Positions 61,216 through 64,000 of a DNA stretch of 64,000 bases are shown here, piece by piece. The translations under genes were made by a program, and so were the position numbers. The stretch is from Gemmatimonadota bacterium (GTDB lineage Bacteria > Gemmatimonadota > Gemmatimonadetes > Palauibacterales > KS3-K002): the NCBI GenBank assembly GCA_039586795.1, contig JBDHJS010000014.1:32001-96000 (forward strand), given 5' to 3'. Every line of letters starts with the position of its first letter. Position 1 is the first letter of the stretch. Under the pieces are notes generated by a model that searched no databases, was not told where the DNA came from, and was given only the letters and a program-made list of their open reading frames with translations.

Positions 61216-61231
61216 TCGAACGATCGTTCGA
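61216..61231. promoter_or_regulatory. perfect 16-bp palindrome TCGAACGATCGTTCGA upstream of pepA
   Basis: Direct read; fits the GAAC-N4-GTTC pattern. Confidence 0.45.
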
Positions 61232-61364
61232 TCCAGCCCGATCCGTACGCCTGACTACCATTCTAGCGCCGTATCCCAATCGGTGCCACGTGGAACCCCG
61301 CCTAACGTCGTTTCTCCACCGACACCGGCACCCCCCTGTCCTACAATCACTTGGCCCGGTTCAC

Positions 61365-62207
61365 CTACCGTAATGCCGACTCGAGGGCCGTCGCCGCGTC
61401 CGTCTTCTCGTCCCGGTACTTCACGATCACCGGGGCGTACAACTGGATCCCATACTCCTCGGCGAACCCCCCCGACCCCCGTCGCGAGCCCGGCACCACC
61501 ACCGCCCCCTCTGGCACGCTCAACGGTCGATCCGGCGTACCCCGATAGATCTCATCACGCACCAGGTCGAAGAGCGGCGTCGATGCGGTCAGGTTCACAC
61601 CCGGAGCGATCACCGCCCGCCGACCGACCAGCGTCCCCTCAAACACCCCCGCGTTGCCGCCCACCACCACCTCATCTTCGATGACCACCGGTCGGAGACC
61701 CACCGGCTCCAGCACGCCGCCCACCTGGGCGCCGGCGCTGAGATGAACTCGCGCGCCGATCTGGGCGCACGACCCGACCAGCGCGTGGGAGTCGATCATC
61801 GTGTCTTCACCCACGTAGGCACCCGCGTTGATGTAGGCCGGCGGCATGATCACGACGCCCGGCGCCAGGTAGGCGCCTTCTCTCACCGACGTTCCACCCG
61901 GAACCACCCGGACATTCTCCAGGACGCCATCCGTGCGACGCAGCGGGAGCGTGTCGCGATCGAAGTACTCCTGAGCCGGCACATCGTAGCGTGCCGTAAC
62001 GCCGATGCGAAACGCCAGCAGTATCCCCGCCTTCACCCACTCCACCGCTTCCCAGCCCGACGGCCCGGTCTCGGCGGCCCGCACCGTTCCTTCGCTCAAC
62101 GCCGCCAGCAACCGGGCGACGGCTGCCCGAGCGGCCTCGTGGTCCGAGACTTCCGTCTCCGCCGACAAACGCTCGATCTCGGGACGCAGCTTCGCCAGAT
62201 CCATCAC
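61365..62207 (-). CDS. dapD: tetrahydrodipicolinate N-succinyltransferase
   Basis: [34 protein letters not shown] hexapeptide repeats. Confidence 0.95.
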   Translation of the reverse strand: MMDLAKLRPEIERLSAETEVSDHEAARAAVARLLAALSEGTVRAAETGPSGWEAVEWVKAGILLAFRIGVTARYDVPAQEYFDRDTLPLRRTDGVLENVRVVPGGTSVREGAYLAPGVVIMPPAYINAGAYVGEDTMIDSHALVGSCAQIGARVHLSAGAQVGGVLEPVGLRPVVIEDEVVVGGNAGVFEGTLVGRRAVIAPGVNLTASTPLFDLVRDEIYRGTPDRPLSVPEGAVVVPGSRRGSGGFAEEYGIQLYAPVIVKYRDEKTDAATALESALR

Positions 62208-63091
62208 AGCAACCCGACCCGCTCCAGTGCCTCGCGCACCCGCTCGCCGCCTGACGGGCTGATCGACACCAAAGGCAACCGGAAATACGCCGGCCCCCGC
62301 CCCATCATCTCCAGCGCCGTCTTCACCGGGATCGGGCTCGTCTCCACGAAATTCGCCTGCATCAACGGCAACAAACCGAAGTGCAACTCGCGGGCCCGAC
62401 CCAGGTCGCCGGAGAGCGCCGCGCGCACCATCTCCGACATGCGGTCCGGGGCTTCGTTCGCCACCACGGACACGACGCCGTCACCACCCAACGCCAGCAC
62501 CGCCAGCGTCAACGCGTCGTCCCCTGACAGGACCAGAAAATCGTCTGGGCGCTCACGGATGATCGCCTGAATCTGTTCGATATCCCCCGAGGCTTCTTTC
62601 ACCCCCACCACGCCATCGATCTCCGCCAGTCGTAGCAGCGTCTGGGCCGTGATATTTGACGCCGTGCGCCCCGGCACGTTGTAGACGATGACCGGTAGCT
62701 CCGCCGCCTCGGCCACGGCGCTGTAGTGGCCGTAAAGCCCGTCCGGCGTCGGCTTGTTGTAGTAGGGGCTCACCGAGAGGATGGCGTCCGCCCCCGCCCG
62801 GCGGGCGGCCTCCGCTCGTTCCACCACATCGGCGGTGTTGTTGCCACCGGCGCCAGCCAACACGGCGGCGCGTCCCTCGGCGGCCTCCGCCGTCAAAGCG
62901 ATGACTTGGCGCTGTTCGTCCGGGCTCATCGTCGCGCTTTCGCCCGTCGTCCCGCACGGGACCACGACTTCGACGCCACCGTTGATGCACCACTCCACGT
63001 GCCGGGCCAGCGCCTCCTCATCGACGGCGCCGTCCACCTTGAACGGCGTGACCAGCGCCACCGCCGTCCCTCGAAACCGATTCAGCTCCAT
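62204..63091 (-). CDS. dapA: 4-hydroxy-tetrahydrodipicolinate synthase
   Basis: ALVTPF, GTTGE, PYYNKP, YNVPGRT, KEASG, SGDD. Confidence 0.97.
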   Translation of the reverse strand: MELNRFRGTAVALVTPFKVDGAVDEEALARHVEWCINGGVEVVVPCGTTGESATMSPDEQRQVIALTAEAAEGRAAVLAGAGGNNTADVVERAEAARRAGADAILSVSPYYNKPTPDGLYGHYSAVAEAAELPVIVYNVPGRTASNITAQTLLRLAEIDGVVGVKEASGDIEQIQAIIRERPDDFLVLSGDDALTLAVLALGGDGVVSVVANEAPDRMSEMVRAALSGDLGRARELHFGLLPLMQANFVETSPIPVKTALEMMGRGPAYFRLPLVSISPSGGERVREALERVGLL

Positions 63092-63825
63092 AGCTCTTTC
63101 AGCATGTCATCCAGCGTGTACACGCCTTTTCGGCCTTGGATCCACTCGGCGGCCGCCACGGCGCCGCGAGCAAAGCCGCCACGGTTCCGGGCCTCGTGGC
63201 GAAGCTCGATCCGGTCACCCGGCCCCTCCAACCCGATGCTGTGCATCCCGACGATCTCACCGGCACGAACCGCCGTCACTTGCAATGCCTCCGGATCTAC
63301 CGCGCCGGACTCCGTGCCCAGCTCCCAGCGCTCTTTCCGCGACAGCTCGCCCAGCAACAGCTCGGCCAGCTGCCGGGCTGTCCCTGAAGGATGGTCGACC
63401 TTGTGACGATGGTGCGCTTCGAGAAGGTGGACGTCCCAGTCCGTCAGCCGCTCGGCCAGCTGCGCCGCGGCCTGGGCCAGCCGGAAGAACGCCTGCATGC
63501 CGAGGGAGAAGTTCGGTGCGTAGATGAGGCCCGTCCCTGCCGCCTGGGCGGCGCGACGCGCCTCGTCCAGCTGATCGTACCAACCCGTCGTGCCGCAAGC
63601 CACATCCACACCGGCCGACGCCAGCGCTGCGATGTTGTCCGCCGCCGCATCGGGGACGGAGAACTCGATCGCCACTTCGGCGCCGTTCAGCCCCTCCGTC
63701 GGCAGCCCGGCGCCCGGAGGGCTCTCGGCGGCATCGATACGAGCGACGATCTTGTGGCCCCGCTCGATCGCGGCCTCTTCGACCGCTCGGCCCATGCGAC
63801 CGTAGCCCACCAGGGCGATCTTCAC
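63082..63825 (-). CDS. dapB: 4-hydroxy-tetrahydrodipicolinate reductase
   Basis: GYGRMG, GTTG, APNFSLG, EAHHRHKVD.PSGTA, FA.GA. Confidence 0.97.
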   Translation of the reverse strand: MKIALVGYGRMGRAVEEAAIERGHKIVARIDAAESPPGAGLPTEGLNGAEVAIEFSVPDAAADNIAALASAGVDVACGTTGWYDQLDEARRAAQAAGTGLIYAPNFSLGMQAFFRLAQAAAQLAERLTDWDVHLLEAHHRHKVDHPSGTARQLAELLLGELSRKERWELGTESGAVDPEALQVTAVRAGEIVGMHSIGLEGPGDRIELRHEARNRGGFARGAVAAAEWIQGRKGVYTLDDMLKELWS

Positions 63826-64000
63826 GGCGTCTGCCTCTCCTCAGATTCGATGAGCGCGGCATGCAGGCGCCGCACCACGCCCGGCGCTTCCTCCGACGCT
63901 ACCACCAGGCTGAGACACACATCGGAAGCCTGCGAGATCAGCCGCACCGGCGTCGCCCCCAGCGCCGAGAACACCCGGGACGCGATACCCGGCTCCTGCA
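63822..64000 (-). CDS. lysC: aspartate kinase C-terminal ACT domain (partial)
   Basis: Manual translation QEPGIASRVFSALGATPVRLISQASDVCLSLVV...VRRLHAAL; stop overlaps dapB start. Confidence 0.85.
   Translation of the reverse strand, partial: QEPGIASRVFSALGATPVRLISQASDVCLSLVVASEEAPGVVRRLHAALIESEERQTP

Noticed and set aside
52731..61373. Plus-strand ORFs 52731-53981, 56737-57720 and 59934-61373
   Set aside because: Shadows of dnaB, yicC and pepA.

Overview
High-GC bacterial chromosome segment. Gene content and protein style suggest Gemmatimonadota (inference, not checked). Most of the window is core genes on the minus strand. Read in transcription order from the right end they are lysC(partial)-dapB-dapA-dapD, pepA, an outer-membrane protein, yicC-gmk-rpoZ-coaBC-udg-dnaB-radA-ispD-tsaC-ywlE-like-aroE; comF, an orphan membrane protein, gap-pgk-tpiA-secG; carA-sppA-HU-moaDE-mdh; a complete nuo operon with fused NuoCD; pgm-sucCD-PTS/CBS-ndk; and yceD-rpmF-plsX-fabH(partial). 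dcd and rnhA lie on the plus strand. A mixed-strand accessory block (~36.5-48.2 kb) encodes a beta-barrel, two sulfatases, an esterase, a frameshifted tricorn/S41 protease, DDAH and a pilin. I saw no tRNA, rRNA, CRISPR array, transposase or integrase. The most unusual non-coding signals are three. (1) A ~30-55 bp repeat occurs four times and brackets the esterase and tricorn genes like cassettes. (2) A dispersed family of inverted micro-repeat hairpins (6-, 7- and 8-mer units) sits at stop codons. (3) Structured leaders precede sucC and plsX. Protein oddities include an RNase HI with a rearranged acidic active site and an M28 peptidase lacking its general base.
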